Below are positions 9,213-19,363 of a stretch of 64,000 nt of DNA, in pieces (positions within the stretch are counted from its first letter, which is position 1; each line of letters starts with the position of its first letter). The stretch comes from Bdellovibrionales bacterium (lineage in GTDB: Bacteria; Bdellovibrionota; Bdellovibrionia; Bdellovibrionales; UBA1609): positions 64,001 through 128,000 of the forward strand of contig OZ241877.1 in NCBI GenBank assembly GCA_965203095.1, given 5' to 3'. The notes beneath the pieces were generated by a model that was not told the origin of the DNA, ran no database searches, and was given only the letters and a program-made list of their open reading frames with translations. A program made the translations under genes and the position numbers.

Positions 9213-11732
9213 ATGCCCATAAAAAAAGAAGCTATAGCCAGAATAAAAATCAATAAACTGCTGGAAAAAGCAGGTTGGCGGTTTTTTGAAAGCCCTCAGG
9301 GCTTAGCCAATATTCAGTTAGAACCCAACATCAAAATTCGTCCCAAAGACATTTCAGCCATAGGCGACAACTTTGAAAAAACCAAAAGGGGCATGCTGGA
9401 CTACCTGCTTTTAGATGGCAAAGGCTTTCCCCTTGTCGTGTTGGAAGCCAAAAGGGAGGAAAAAGACCCCTTGGACGGCAAAGAGCAAGCCAGAAAATAT
9501 GCCTATAGCTTAAATGTCCGGTTTGTCATTTTATCTAACGGAAATTTACATTATTTTTGGGATCTGGAAATAGGCCATCCTGAAATTATTATAGACTTTC
9601 CTACCCAGGAATCCTTACAGCAAAGACTTCATTTTAAGCCCAACAAGCAAAAACTTTATAAAGAGCTTATAGATGAGGACTATATTGCCTCTTCACAAAA
9701 GCCAGAAATTTTAAGAGATCCGGATTGGGCGAAAAAAAAGCTGGCACTGGCAAGACAATACAATATCCCTATTTTGCGACCCTATCAGTTAAAAGCCATT
9801 AGGCTTTTACAAAAATCAGCTCAAGAGGGCAATAAGCGTTTTCTTTTTGAAATGGCTACAGGGACGGGTAAAACCCTGCTTTCCTCAGCTGTGATCAAGC
9901 TTTTTCTCAGGACGGGAAATGCAAAAAGAGTTTTATTTCTTGTAGATAGGCTGGAGCTTGAAGATCAAGCTTTTAAAAACTTCAAGAATTATCTCAAAAA
10001 TGACTATCAATCGGTTATTTATAAAGAGAGTAAGGAGGATTGGAGGAGAGCAGAGATAGTTATTTCTACTGTGCAAAGCTTAATGGCAGGAGATAAATAC
10101 ATTCAGCTTTTTTCCCCTACAGACTTTGATCTTTTAATTTCAGATGAAGCTCATCGCTCTATTGGGGGCAAAAGCCGAGCCATTTTTGAGTATTTTATTG
10201 GGTTCAAGATAGGTCTGACAGCCACACCAAAAGATTTTTTAAAGAATATAAATGCTCTAAAACTATCCGAAAAAGATCAAAGAAGTTGGGAGCGAAGATT
10301 GCTTTTAGACACTTACACCACTTTTGGTTGTGAAAGTGGGGAGCCTACCTTTAAATACAGTTTAATAGACGGAGTTCGTGAAGGCTACTTGATTGATCCT
10401 CTCGTAGTAGACGCCCGGACAGATATTACAACGGAGCTTTTGTCAAAACAGGGCTACAGCCTAAAAATGGAAACTGAAGAGGGCTTAGAGGAAGAGCATA
10501 TTTTTTTTAAAAAAGATTTTGAAAGAAAATTCTTCTCTGAAAAAACAAATCTTATTTTTTGCAAGAGTTTTTTGGAAAATGCTCTAAAAGATCCTATCAC
10601 TAAGGAAATGGGAAAAAGTATTGTTTTTTGTGTAAGCCAAAAACATGCGAGAAAAATCACTCAAATTTTAAATCGGCTGGCTGATAAGATCTGGCCCGGC
10701 AAATACAATTCTGATTTTGCGATTCAAATTACTTCTAACATTGAGGGCACTCAGGGCTACACAGTTAATTTTGCCAACAACAAACTGAATGGCTATAGCC
10801 GATTTAAAGAGGGCTATAAAACCAGCAAAACCAGAGTTTGCGTCACAGTTCGTATGATGACTACAGGTTATGATTGCGAGGATATTTTAAACCTTTGTTT
10901 AATGAGGCCGGTATTCTCCCCCACAGACTTTGTTCAGATGAAAGGCCGGGGAACCAGAAAATTTACATTCCAATACAAAAACGAAAACGGAAGAGAACAC
11001 AAAATAGAAAAAGAAAAGTTTAAACTTTTTGATTTTTTTGCAGTCTATGAGTTTTTTGAAAAAGAGTTCAATTATGACATAGCCTTAAAACTGCCTTTAG
11101 GCCAATCAAAGATTTTAGATAGTGAGAGAGTTGCTCCTATCATGGATAAAGCGGAAATATATGACCCCGATAGTTTAAAAAGCCTCTCTGAAACAAAAGT
11201 TGGAATTGAGGGCATGAGAGTTGATCGGGAACTATGGGGCCAGGCACAAGATAAAATCTCAAAAGACCAGGATTTGGCAGAAGCCGTTCAAAAAGAAATG
11301 TGGCAAAAAGCAGAAAGCATTGTAAGAGAGAGATATGAAGACAAACCAGAGCTTTATTTGAATTTGCAAAAAATCCGTAAAGCAGAAAATTTAGACCGGC
11401 GGATCACTTGGAAAGAGGTCTTACTGAGGGTATTTGGTATTATTGACTCCTTCCCTAACAGAGAGGAGCTGATTGAGGAGGAATGTAATAAATTCATAGC
11501 CATTTTTAAACCAGAAAATAAATATATCCATCACATTAAAAATTATATTTGGTCTTACATTACAGACGCAAAGTTTAGAGAAATTATTGACACCAAGGCT
11601 TATGCTCTATTAAATGTCAACCCAGGTTTTGATTTTCAGGATTTTAAGGCTTTAAACGGCAAAACAGGCTTACAAACAAAAATTCCTGAATATATAAAAA
11701 ACTATGTTAACTTAAACCTCTTTATGGATTAA
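9213..11732 (+). CDS. hsdR: Type I restriction endonuclease R subunit (EcoAI/EcoEI-like)
   Basis: N-terminal nuclease DYLL..VLEAK..Q...YA; MATGTGKT, DEAHRS, GLTATP and QMKGRGTR helicase motifs. Confidence 0.9.
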   Translation: MPIKKEAIARIKINKLLEKAGWRFFESPQGLANIQLEPNIKIRPKDISAIGDNFEKTKRGMLDYLLLDGKGFPLVVLEAKREEKDPLDGKEQARKYAYSLNVRFVILSNGNLHYFWDLEIGHPEIIIDFPTQESLQQRLHFKPNKQKLYKELIDEDYIASSQKPEILRDPDWAKKKLALARQYNIPILRPYQLKAIRLLQKSAQEGNKRFLFEMATGTGKTLLSSAVIKLFLRTGNAKRVLFLVDRLELEDQAFKNFKNYLKNDYQSVIYKESKEDWRRAEIVISTVQSLMAGDKYIQLFSPTDFDLLISDEAHRSIGGKSRAIFEYFIGFKIGLTATPKDFLKNINALKLSEKDQRSWERRLLLDTYTTFGCESGEPTFKYSLIDGVREGYLIDPLVVDARTDITTELLSKQGYSLKMETEEGLEEEHIFFKKDFERKFFSEKTNLIFCKSFLENALKDPITKEMGKSIVFCVSQKHARKITQILNRLADKIWPGKYNSDFAIQITSNIEGTQGYTVNFANNKLNGYSRFKEGYKTSKTRVCVTVRMMTTGYDCEDILNLCLMRPVFSPTDFVQMKGRGTRKFTFQYKNENGREHKIEKEKFKLFDFFAVYEFFEKEFNYDIALKLPLGQSKILDSERVAPIMDKAEIYDPDSLKSLSETKVGIEGMRVDRELWGQAQDKISKDQDLAEAVQKEMWQKAESIVRERYEDKPELYLNLQKIRKAENLDRRITWKEVLLRVFGIIDSFPNREELIEEECNKFIAIFKPENKYIHHIKNYIWSYITDAKFREIIDTKAYALLNVNPGFDFQDFKALNGKTGLQTKIPEYIKNYVNLNLFMD

Positions 11733-11757
11733 ACCACACAAACAAAAAGGAAAAATA

Positions 11758-14436
11758 ATGTTAGATCAAGAAACCAAAAGAAAAATTGATTCAGTTAGGG
11801 ACATTCTTGTTGGAAAAATCCCTGACCCCACCCAGCAAGTAGATCAAATTACAACAGCTCTTATCTATAAGTTTATGGATGATATGGATCAGATTTCCAT
11901 TGGAGCAGGGGGATCCGCTCAGTTTTTTAAAGGCCGGTTAAAGAATTTCAGCTGGCCTAAAATTATGGATCGAAAACTCTCTGGTCAAGAGCGATTAGAC
12001 CTCTACATTCAAGCCTTAAACCAACTCCCACAAAGCCAAAACTTGCCCCCTCTTTTTCGTGAGATTTTTAAAAACGCACTCCTGCCTTATAGAGATGCTG
12101 AAACTTTAAATCTTTTTTTAAAAGAGATAAACAACTTCTCTTACGATCACAGTGAAAATTTAGGCAATGCCTTTGAATATTTGCTTTCTATATTAAGCAG
12201 TCAAGGCGATGCGGGGCAATTTAGGACTCCCAGACATATTATTGATTTTATGGTAGAAATTGTAGATCCTAAAAAAAGAGAGAACATTTTAGATCCTGCT
12301 TGTGGGACTGCCGGTTTTTTAATTTCTTCCTACAAACATATTATAAAAAACAATTCAAAAAATTACAATCCGGAAAAAGACAAGCATAGCTTTGGAAACC
12401 TGTCTTTTAAAGATCAAAATAAATCTAAAAACAAAATTGAGAATGGCACTGATAGCTCTATGGAAAATGCCTCTGCTGTGCAAATCCAAAGCAATGGGCA
12501 ATACAAAGGCGAAAAACTAAAAGCTGGGGAGGAAAAGCTTTTACAAAAAAACATTGTGGGCTACGATATATCTCCTAAAATGGTCAAGCTTTCCCTTGTG
12601 AATATGTATTTGCATCGGTTTAATGATCCCAAAATTTATGAGTATGATAGTTTAACCAGTGAAGATCGATGGGGAGATGAGTTTGATGTGATTTTAGCTA
12701 ATCCTCCCTTTATGAGCCCGAAAGGGGGGATCCGCCCTCATAAAAAATTTTCGGTCCAGGCCAATCGCTCAGAGGTTCTTTTTGTAGATTACATAGCAGA
12801 GCATTTAAGGCTTAATGGCCGGGCCGGCATTATTGTCCCGGAAGGAATCATCTTTAAAGGTGATAAAGCTTACAAGGAACTTAGGAAAATCCTGTTGGAA
12901 GATCGATTCCTTTGGGCGGTTTTGAGTCTTCCTTCTAAAATTTTTGAGCCTTACTCTGGAGTGAAAACCAGCATTTTGTTTTTAGACCGGAAAAGAGCCA
13001 AAATAACAGATGAGATTTTGTTTATAAATATTCAAAACGATGGTTTTGATTTGGGAGCCACTCGCCGAAAGATTGATGAAAATGACTTGCCAAAGGCTTT
13101 TCAAATTTTAAAAGCTTGGAGGGAAGGGAAAAAACAAACCAGCCCCTTAGCTCATTGGATTCATAGAGAAAAAATCAGAACCTCTGGCGATTATAATTTT
13201 ACCGCCAATCGATATAAAGAAATCCAGCAAAAACCTACAAAATACCCTCTCATAGAACTTGGAGAGGTTTTAGACTATGAACAACCAACAAAATATGTTG
13301 TTCAATCCACCCATTATAAAGATGAATATGAAACCCCTGTTTTGACTGCTGGAAAAAGCTTTTTATTGGGTCGGACAAATGAAAAACAAGGAATCTTTCC
13401 AAAAGAAAAGCTACCAGTAATAATTTTTGATGATTTCACAACAGCAACAAAGTTTGTGGATTTTCCTTTTAAAGTCAAATCCTCAGCAATGAAAATTTTG
13501 CATTTATCCAGCATTTGTCATTCTCATAATATCCCTTATTCTCACAATCTGCATCCTTCCCACAATCTGCATCCTTCCCACAAAGACCGTCATTCCCGCG
13601 AAAGCGGGAATCCAGAAAATATAATAAAAAAAGATAAAATCACTTATATAAAATTTATTTTCTATATGATGCAAAATATTAAATTTAACGCTAAAACACA
13701 TAAACGGTATTGGATTTCTCAATACTCAAAAATCAAAATCCCACTCCCTCCCCTGGAAGCCCAAAAGGAAATCGTAACGGAGATTGAAGGCTATCAAAAA
13801 ATCATTAAAGGAGCAAAACAGGTTGTCGCAAATTGGAAACCCACCATTCCAATCGATCCCTCTTGGCCTCTTGTAGAGCTTGGGGAGATTGCTGAAATAA
13901 ACTCTGGCAATTCAGCTCCTCAAGATAAAAGCCTTTTTAAAAATGGAAAATATCCTTTTTGCAGAACTGGCGATGTTGGTAAAATTCACATATCAGATAA
14001 TTTTAAAGAAATTAATGATCGCTTAAATGATAAGGGAATTAAGGGTCTAAGACTATTTAAAAAAGACACAATTTTGTTTCCAAAAAGTGGAGCTTCAACT
14101 TTTTTAAATCATCGTGTTTTATTGAAAGTAGATAGTTATGTTTCAAGCCACTTAGCAACCATTTATGCAAACAAAGAAAAGATGATTTCTAAATTCTTAT
14201 TTACTTTGCTGTGTTTTGTTGATGCAAAGAGCTTAACAAATGAGCAAAACTATCCTTCTTTGAGACTGTCAGAAATAAAGAGCATAAAAATTCCCCTGCC
14301 TCCTCTTAAAACTCAGAAAGCGATTGTGGAAAAGATTGAAGAAGAGCAAGCTCATGTTGAATCTTGTAAAAAAATGATTAAACTCTATGAGCAAAAAATC
14401 CAACAAAAAATCTCTGAAGTATTTAAGGAAAAATAA
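11758..14436 (+). CDS. Type I N6-adenine methyltransferase fused to specificity domains (HsdM-HsdS fusion)
   Basis: GQFRTPRHI, DPACGTAGF and NPPF motifs, then two TRDs ending in KIPLPPLE.QK / KIPLPPLK.QK. Confidence 0.9.
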   Translation: MLDQETKRKIDSVRDILVGKIPDPTQQVDQITTALIYKFMDDMDQISIGAGGSAQFFKGRLKNFSWPKIMDRKLSGQERLDLYIQALNQLPQSQNLPPLFREIFKNALLPYRDAETLNLFLKEINNFSYDHSENLGNAFEYLLSILSSQGDAGQFRTPRHIIDFMVEIVDPKKRENILDPACGTAGFLISSYKHIIKNNSKNYNPEKDKHSFGNLSFKDQNKSKNKIENGTDSSMENASAVQIQSNGQYKGEKLKAGEEKLLQKNIVGYDISPKMVKLSLVNMYLHRFNDPKIYEYDSLTSEDRWGDEFDVILANPPFMSPKGGIRPHKKFSVQANRSEVLFVDYIAEHLRLNGRAGIIVPEGIIFKGDKAYKELRKILLEDRFLWAVLSLPSKIFEPYSGVKTSILFLDRKRAKITDEILFINIQNDGFDLGATRRKIDENDLPKAFQILKAWREGKKQTSPLAHWIHREKIRTSGDYNFTANRYKEIQQKPTKYPLIELGEVLDYEQPTKYVVQSTHYKDEYETPVLTAGKSFLLGRTNEKQGIFPKEKLPVIIFDDFTTATKFVDFPFKVKSSAMKILHLSSICHSHNIPYSHNLHPSHNLHPSHKDRHSRESGNPENIIKKDKITYIKFIFYMMQNIKFNAKTHKRYWISQYSKIKIPLPPLEAQKEIVTEIEGYQKIIKGAKQVVANWKPTIPIDPSWPLVELGEIAEINSGNSAPQDKSLFKNGKYPFCRTGDVGKIHISDNFKEINDRLNDKGIKGLRLFKKDTILFPKSGASTFLNHRVLLKVDSYVSSHLATIYANKEKMISKFLFTLLCFVDAKSLTNEQNYPSLRLSEIKSIKIPLPPLKTQKAIVEKIEEEQAHVESCKKMIKLYEQKIQQKISEVFKEK
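13517..13615 (+). repeat. In-frame insert: four degenerate 18-bp tandem units plus REP/RPE-like palindrome GTCATTCCCGCGAAAGCGGGAATCCAG
   Basis: 18-bp period at 13517/13535/13553/13571; palindrome 13589-13615 is read as RHSRESGNP. Confidence 0.85.
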
Positions 14437-14446
14437 AGGTGTCAAT

Positions 14447-16813
14447 ATGAAAATAGGCAGAATTAAAGAAATAAAAGACATAGGAGCTTTTGCAAACTTT
14501 AAAAACGGAGGTTCTCTCAGCTTTGAAAAACTAACATTTATTTATGGCTTGAACACTTATGGAAAAACCACTTTAGCAGATATTTTTCAATCTTTAAAAC
14601 AAAAGGATCCGCAATTAATTAAAAATCGAAAAACCATTCCGTATCAATTGGAATCACAAAAAGTCATTTTAACAGAGAAAGATCAAAAAGAAAATGATAT
14701 TATATTTCAAGACAATCAGTGGCAGGAAAATAGCTTAAGCTCTCATCTTGAAGTATTTGGTTCTGACTTTGTTTATAAAAATCTTTTTACTGGACTTAAT
14801 ATTGAAAGGAAGAATAAAAAAAATTTTACCCAGTTTATCCTTGGAGAGCAGGGAGTCAAAATCACTAAAGAAATTGAGAGTAAAAAACAAGAATCTCAAG
14901 AAAAGAAAAAAAATCTAAAGACAACAACTCCTCTTTTTGTAAAAGGCAAAGAGGATGATGTTATTGAGCAATTTTTAAAGTTTTCTATAGAAGGATTAAA
15001 CCTGCAAAAAGTCAGAGAAGAGCTAATTCAAAAAATCTCAGAATGGGAAAAAGAGAAAAAGCGAATTGAAAAACCACAAAAAATTTTAGGAATGGAAGAA
15101 CCAGATCAATATACAACTCCCAAAATAAATATTATTGGTTTAATGGACTCCATAAATGAGATTTTTCAAAAAGATTACTCTGAAATAAAAGATGAAATTT
15201 TAAAAAAACTAAACCAACACCTTGAAGAGCATTTTCCCAAACAGAATGGAGCTGAAAACTGGATAAAAGAAGGCTTAGATTATTGCAAGAATAAAACCAA
15301 CTGTCCCTTTTGTGGCCAGCCATTAACCACAGCTCAAGATTTGATCGAAAATTACCATTCTTATTTTGATCAAGCTTATACAAGCTTTATTCAAGAGATC
15401 GAAAATGCTTTATCAAAAAACTGCAATAAGATTGAAAATTCTTATTTTTCAGAAAAATCAAAAATCCAAACAGTTTTAACAAAAGCCAATAAATTTAAAG
15501 TTAAAGATCTTATAACTGATAATGAATTTCAACAGCAACTTGATGAATTAGAGGAACTGATAAATAAATTAGATGAGGATAGATTAAATGATGAAAAAAA
15601 CTCAGTTTTTGAAAAAATAAAAACAAATTGTGATATTAAAAATAAGAAACCTTATAAAAAAATAGAAGCTCTTGATTGTTCTGAATTTAAAAAGCATGTG
15701 AAACTTTATATGCAATCCCTTTTTGAATCTGAACAGAAGATCAAAAAAATCAAAATCCATATAGATAAATTTAAAGAGCTATATCGTGACACTCATAAGA
15801 TAAAAGAGAAAATCAATCATCTGGAAAAAGAAGTTAAAGAGTTAGAATATAAAAAAGCTCGCATAGAGCAAAATGAAGATTGTCTAAAATATATTGATCT
15901 TGAAGATAAAATTGAAAAACTTGATCAAAATGTTAATGAGCTGAGAAAAAAATTAGAAAAAGAACAGTCAGAATATCTTGAAAAATATTTTTTTAAGATA
16001 AATGAATTATTTAAAAATTTTGGAAGTAAAGATTTTACTCTTGAAAAAAAGATAGATAAAAGAGGAAATATGACAGTCTGTTCCCTAAAAGTAAAATTTC
16101 GTAAAGAGGAAATACAAAATGAACAATTAAAAAACACTTTTAGTGATTCTGATAGAAGAGCTTTAGCTCTATCTGTATTTTTATCAAAAATAAAATTAAA
16201 AGAAGATTTTGAAAAACAAAAATTAACTGTAATTTTAGACGATCCTATTACGAGTTTTGACGATATTCGGATCACCAGTAGCATTAACCTTTTTAGAAAC
16301 ATATTAGGCAAAATAGATCAGATGATCATATTGACACATTACCCACAATTTATAAAAAGGTTTTGTGAAATCACTCATTCTGAATCCATAAAAATTCTAC
16401 AAATAAAACAAGATACTGTCACCAGTTTTTTAGAGCAAACAAATAAAGACTTTTTCCTTCAAAATGAATATCAGAAAGCTTTTGAAAAAATTTATGGTTT
16501 TATCAATAAAAACCATTCAAAGGATATAAAAACCAACTTACGGCCTTTTTTTGAGAATCATTTAAAGATGATTTTTGCTAAAAAAATAAAAGATGAAAAT
16601 ATAAATTGCAATGATTTGAAATCAATGATTGATGGAATTTTTAAAGACAATAAAGAGGTAAAAAACAAAATGAATGGGTTTAGGGAAACATTAAACCCAG
16701 CCTCTCATATTATAACTTCTGATAATGAAGAGAATATTCGAAACTTTGCCAGAGAGCTAATGGATCATTTATACTCTATAAAATTATATGATAATTTAAG
16801 CGGGAACTTATGA
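14447..16813 (+). CDS. AAA_13 / RloC-like Rad50-type ABC ATPase with zinc hook and putative C-terminal HEPN-like domain
   Basis: Walker A YGLNTYGKTT, hook CPFCGQ within coiled coil, FSDSDRR signature, LDDPITSFD, LTHY; C-terminal LRPFFE...RETLNPASH. Confidence 0.75.
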   Translation: MKIGRIKEIKDIGAFANFKNGGSLSFEKLTFIYGLNTYGKTTLADIFQSLKQKDPQLIKNRKTIPYQLESQKVILTEKDQKENDIIFQDNQWQENSLSSHLEVFGSDFVYKNLFTGLNIERKNKKNFTQFILGEQGVKITKEIESKKQESQEKKKNLKTTTPLFVKGKEDDVIEQFLKFSIEGLNLQKVREELIQKISEWEKEKKRIEKPQKILGMEEPDQYTTPKINIIGLMDSINEIFQKDYSEIKDEILKKLNQHLEEHFPKQNGAENWIKEGLDYCKNKTNCPFCGQPLTTAQDLIENYHSYFDQAYTSFIQEIENALSKNCNKIENSYFSEKSKIQTVLTKANKFKVKDLITDNEFQQQLDELEELINKLDEDRLNDEKNSVFEKIKTNCDIKNKKPYKKIEALDCSEFKKHVKLYMQSLFESEQKIKKIKIHIDKFKELYRDTHKIKEKINHLEKEVKELEYKKARIEQNEDCLKYIDLEDKIEKLDQNVNELRKKLEKEQSEYLEKYFFKINELFKNFGSKDFTLEKKIDKRGNMTVCSLKVKFRKEEIQNEQLKNTFSDSDRRALALSVFLSKIKLKEDFEKQKLTVILDDPITSFDDIRITSSINLFRNILGKIDQMIILTHYPQFIKRFCEITHSESIKILQIKQDTVTSFLEQTNKDFFLQNEYQKAFEKIYGFINKNHSKDIKTNLRPFFENHLKMIFAKKIKDENINCNDLKSMIDGIFKDNKEVKNKMNGFRETLNPASHIITSDNEENIRNFARELMDHLYSIKLYDNLSGNL

Positions 16814-16860
16814 AATATACCAAAATAGAATGGATAAATATGCATGAAATTCTGTGATAG
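16810..16860 (+). pseudogene. Possible decayed 5' remnant of a DUF5131 (phage Gp37/Gp68-like) gene
   Basis: MKYTKIEW.. then, after a frameshift, (T)*NSVI, resembling TKIEWTD.TWNPVTG. Confidence 0.35.
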
Positions 16861-16884
16861 TTCTACCCAATAAAAGGAGGGTTT

Positions 16885-18072
16885 ATGAATAGGCCAAAAT
16901 GTTTTTATTATATCAGTCATAAGGACAATTTAAAATCTATCTTAAAAAGAGGTATATTGTCCCGATCACAAATAAAAGCTGGTTTGTTTGCTAAAATTGG
17001 ATTAGGCCAAAAAACAAAATCCATCCATGATGAAAGCATTATTCAAAGTAGAAAAAGCAGGAAATTCAAAAACCGTTCCCTTTGGGATTATGCCAATGTG
17101 TATTTTCAAGCACGAAACCCTATGCTCTACCGGGTGATTAAAGAGTTTGGGAAGGAGGAGATTGTTGTTTTGCAAATCAACTCAGATATTTTAGACATAC
17201 CCGGCTCTGGAATTACAGACGGCAATTCAGCCTCTCCAAATGCTATTATTTTTGAAGACATAAATGAAGGCTTAAGTGCTTTGGACAAGACCTTATTTGA
17301 AAAAGGCCATTGGATTAACATTGAGAACGGAAAAAGAAAAATAATGGCAGAAGCCTTAATCCCCGATCAAATTCCAACAGAAAAAATAACAAGCATATAC
17401 ACAAACTCTCAACAAACAAGTCAAGAAATAAAAGAAGAGCTGAAAATATTGCTAAATAACATACCTGTTATTTTTCATCCTTGGATATTTTTTCATCCTA
17501 AATTTCAAAAAAATATTCCAAAAAAAATCTCACTTGTAAAAGGGGATATGTTTTTTTCAAAAATGAAAACTTTTACAATTAGTGTAAATACTGTCGGGGT
17601 TATGGGCAAGGGCCTGGCCTCAAGGGCTAAGTATCAATTCCCCGATGTTTATGTTCTTTATCAAGATATTTGCCGGCAAAGGAGGTTAAAAATGGGTGTT
17701 CCTTATCTTTATAAAAGAGAAGAAAATTATGAAAAAACTCTTATAGAGGACACAAACTCCACTGTGACTGAAAACGGGAATCGATGGTTTTTGCTCTTCC
17801 CCACAAAAAATCATTGGAGGGAAAAATCCCCACTGGAAGGGATCGAAAAGGGCCTGCAACACTTGGTAGCCCATTATAAAAACCAAGAAATAGAATCCAT
17901 AGCTCTCCCCGCCTTAGGCTGTGGCTTAGGTGGTTTGGATTGGAAGGATGTCGGCCCTTTGATGTGCCGATACTTAGATAAAATGGATATTCCGAGTTCG
18001 GTTTATTTGCCTCTTGAAGGGCAGATTCCTGAAAAACAGTTGTCAGCTGAGTTTTTATTAAACTACAAATAA
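16885..18072 (+). CDS. DarT-like (DUF4433) DNA ADP-ribosyltransferase fused to a DarG-like macrodomain
   Basis: N-terminal YYISH..NL.SIL..GILS, DYANVYF..RNPMLY, TDGNSAS, AEALIP; C-terminal GDMF, VNTVGVMGKGLA, FPTK.HW, IALPALGCGLGGLDW. Confidence 0.88.
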   Translation: MNRPKCFYYISHKDNLKSILKRGILSRSQIKAGLFAKIGLGQKTKSIHDESIIQSRKSRKFKNRSLWDYANVYFQARNPMLYRVIKEFGKEEIVVLQINSDILDIPGSGITDGNSASPNAIIFEDINEGLSALDKTLFEKGHWINIENGKRKIMAEALIPDQIPTEKITSIYTNSQQTSQEIKEELKILLNNIPVIFHPWIFFHPKFQKNIPKKISLVKGDMFFSKMKTFTISVNTVGVMGKGLASRAKYQFPDVYVLYQDICRQRRLKMGVPYLYKREENYEKTLIEDTNSTVTENGNRWFLLFPTKNHWREKSPLEGIEKGLQHLVAHYKNQEIESIALPALGCGLGGLDWKDVGPLMCRYLDKMDIPSSVYLPLEGQIPEKQLSAEFLLNYK

Positions 18073-18083
18073 AAAAACAAAAT

Positions 18084-18159
18084 TATACCGATTTTGTTTG
18101 AAAATTCTTGTTTTTTCTATCCCCTATTTTGAACGGAATTTTAACTGTGATTGCTGTAT
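18084..18159. mobile_element. MITE-like repeat family 2, degenerate right end
   Basis: TATACCGATTTTGTTTGAAAATTC... nearly identical to the 9024 copy, same orientation. Confidence 0.7.
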
Positions 18160-18544
18160 GTTAGATCAATAGACTAAAGGCTGGGAAAAGCCCAAAAAAG
18201 AATTTTTATAGAGGAATATTTTTAAAAAATTTAAAGCCATCAGTCAAAATAATTGATACAGCACTGCACAATAGGGGATAAGGGGTTTTTACACTATGCG
18301 ACAATTCCCGTATTAAAGAAGGAAGCTCTAACAACATAATTGGGGGTAGGGAGCTGTTGGGCTTTAGTGCAGAGAAGATATAAAAAAGCAGAAAAAAGGC
18401 TTTGCTAAAATAGGGAAAGGGATTTATATTCAGATTAGAGTAAGGGAATTAGATGGGGATAAAGAGAGGAAATGAAACATAAAAAATTATTAGGAAATAG
18501 TGTTAGTAAAAGATATTCGGTCACCATGAACCCACACTAATAAA

Positions 18545-19363
18545 ATGAAAAGGCTTAATTCTACCGCTAAAAAAGTTTTTTCTATAAATAAAAAAAATCA
18601 ATTTTTATTAAAAACAATAGACTTTAAACCTTTGCTTAAAAGTATAAAGCCCAATACTACAGATTTGATTTTGACTGATCCCCCTTATGCTATCTCAAAA
18701 AAAACAGGATTTAAACAAATGGGAAAAAACTCTATTGAAAGGTTTGCTGTCTCAATGGATTTTGGAAAATGGGATAACCAAGAGATAAACCTAAAAGAAT
18801 TTGCTCGTTTAAGCTACAAAGCCTTAAGGCCTGGCGGGACTATCATTTGCTTTTATGACTTGTGGAAAATCACAAAAGTTCAAACAGCCTTTATCTCGGC
18901 GGGATTTGGAATGATAAGGCTAATTATATGGGAAAAAACAAATCCTGTCCCTCTCAATTCGCATAGTATTTATTTAAGCAACTCAAGGGAAGTGGCTGTT
19001 TTAGGGATAAAAGGGGGCAAGCCTACTTTTAATAGTAAATACGATAATGGGATTTATGAATTTCCTATACATAGAGAAAAAAGAATACATCCCACACAAA
19101 AACCCTTAAAGCTCATGTCCGCCTTAATCAAAAAACATTCCAAAGTTAATGATTTAGTAGTGGATCCTTTCTTAGGTTCCGGTTCCACGGCACTTGCCGC
19201 ATTAAAATTAAAAAGAAAATTTATCGGAGGCGATAAAGATAGGAGGTATGTTGAAAAAGCAAGAAAAAGAATTGAAAAAGCTAACAAAGAAAGCTCTGTT
19301 TTTAGAATTAGCAAAGCCCGACAAAACGGGTCTGTCAAAAAAAGTGTATATAAAAGAGTTTAA
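18545..19363 (+). CDS. Site-specific DNA methyltransferase, N6/N4 beta class
   Basis: TDPPY precedes HPTQKP and DPFLGSGST. Confidence 0.92.
   Translation: MKRLNSTAKKVFSINKKNQFLLKTIDFKPLLKSIKPNTTDLILTDPPYAISKKTGFKQMGKNSIERFAVSMDFGKWDNQEINLKEFARLSYKALRPGGTIICFYDLWKITKVQTAFISAGFGMIRLIIWEKTNPVPLNSHSIYLSNSREVAVLGIKGGKPTFNSKYDNGIYEFPIHREKRIHPTQKPLKLMSALIKKHSKVNDLVVDPFLGSGSTALAALKLKRKFIGGDKDRRYVEKARKRIEKANKESSVFRISKARQNGSVKKSVYKRV

Noticed and set aside
18160..18540. Possible gene remnant or ncRNA between DarT-macro and the MTase
   Set aside because: No convincing ORF, motif or structure could be supported by eye
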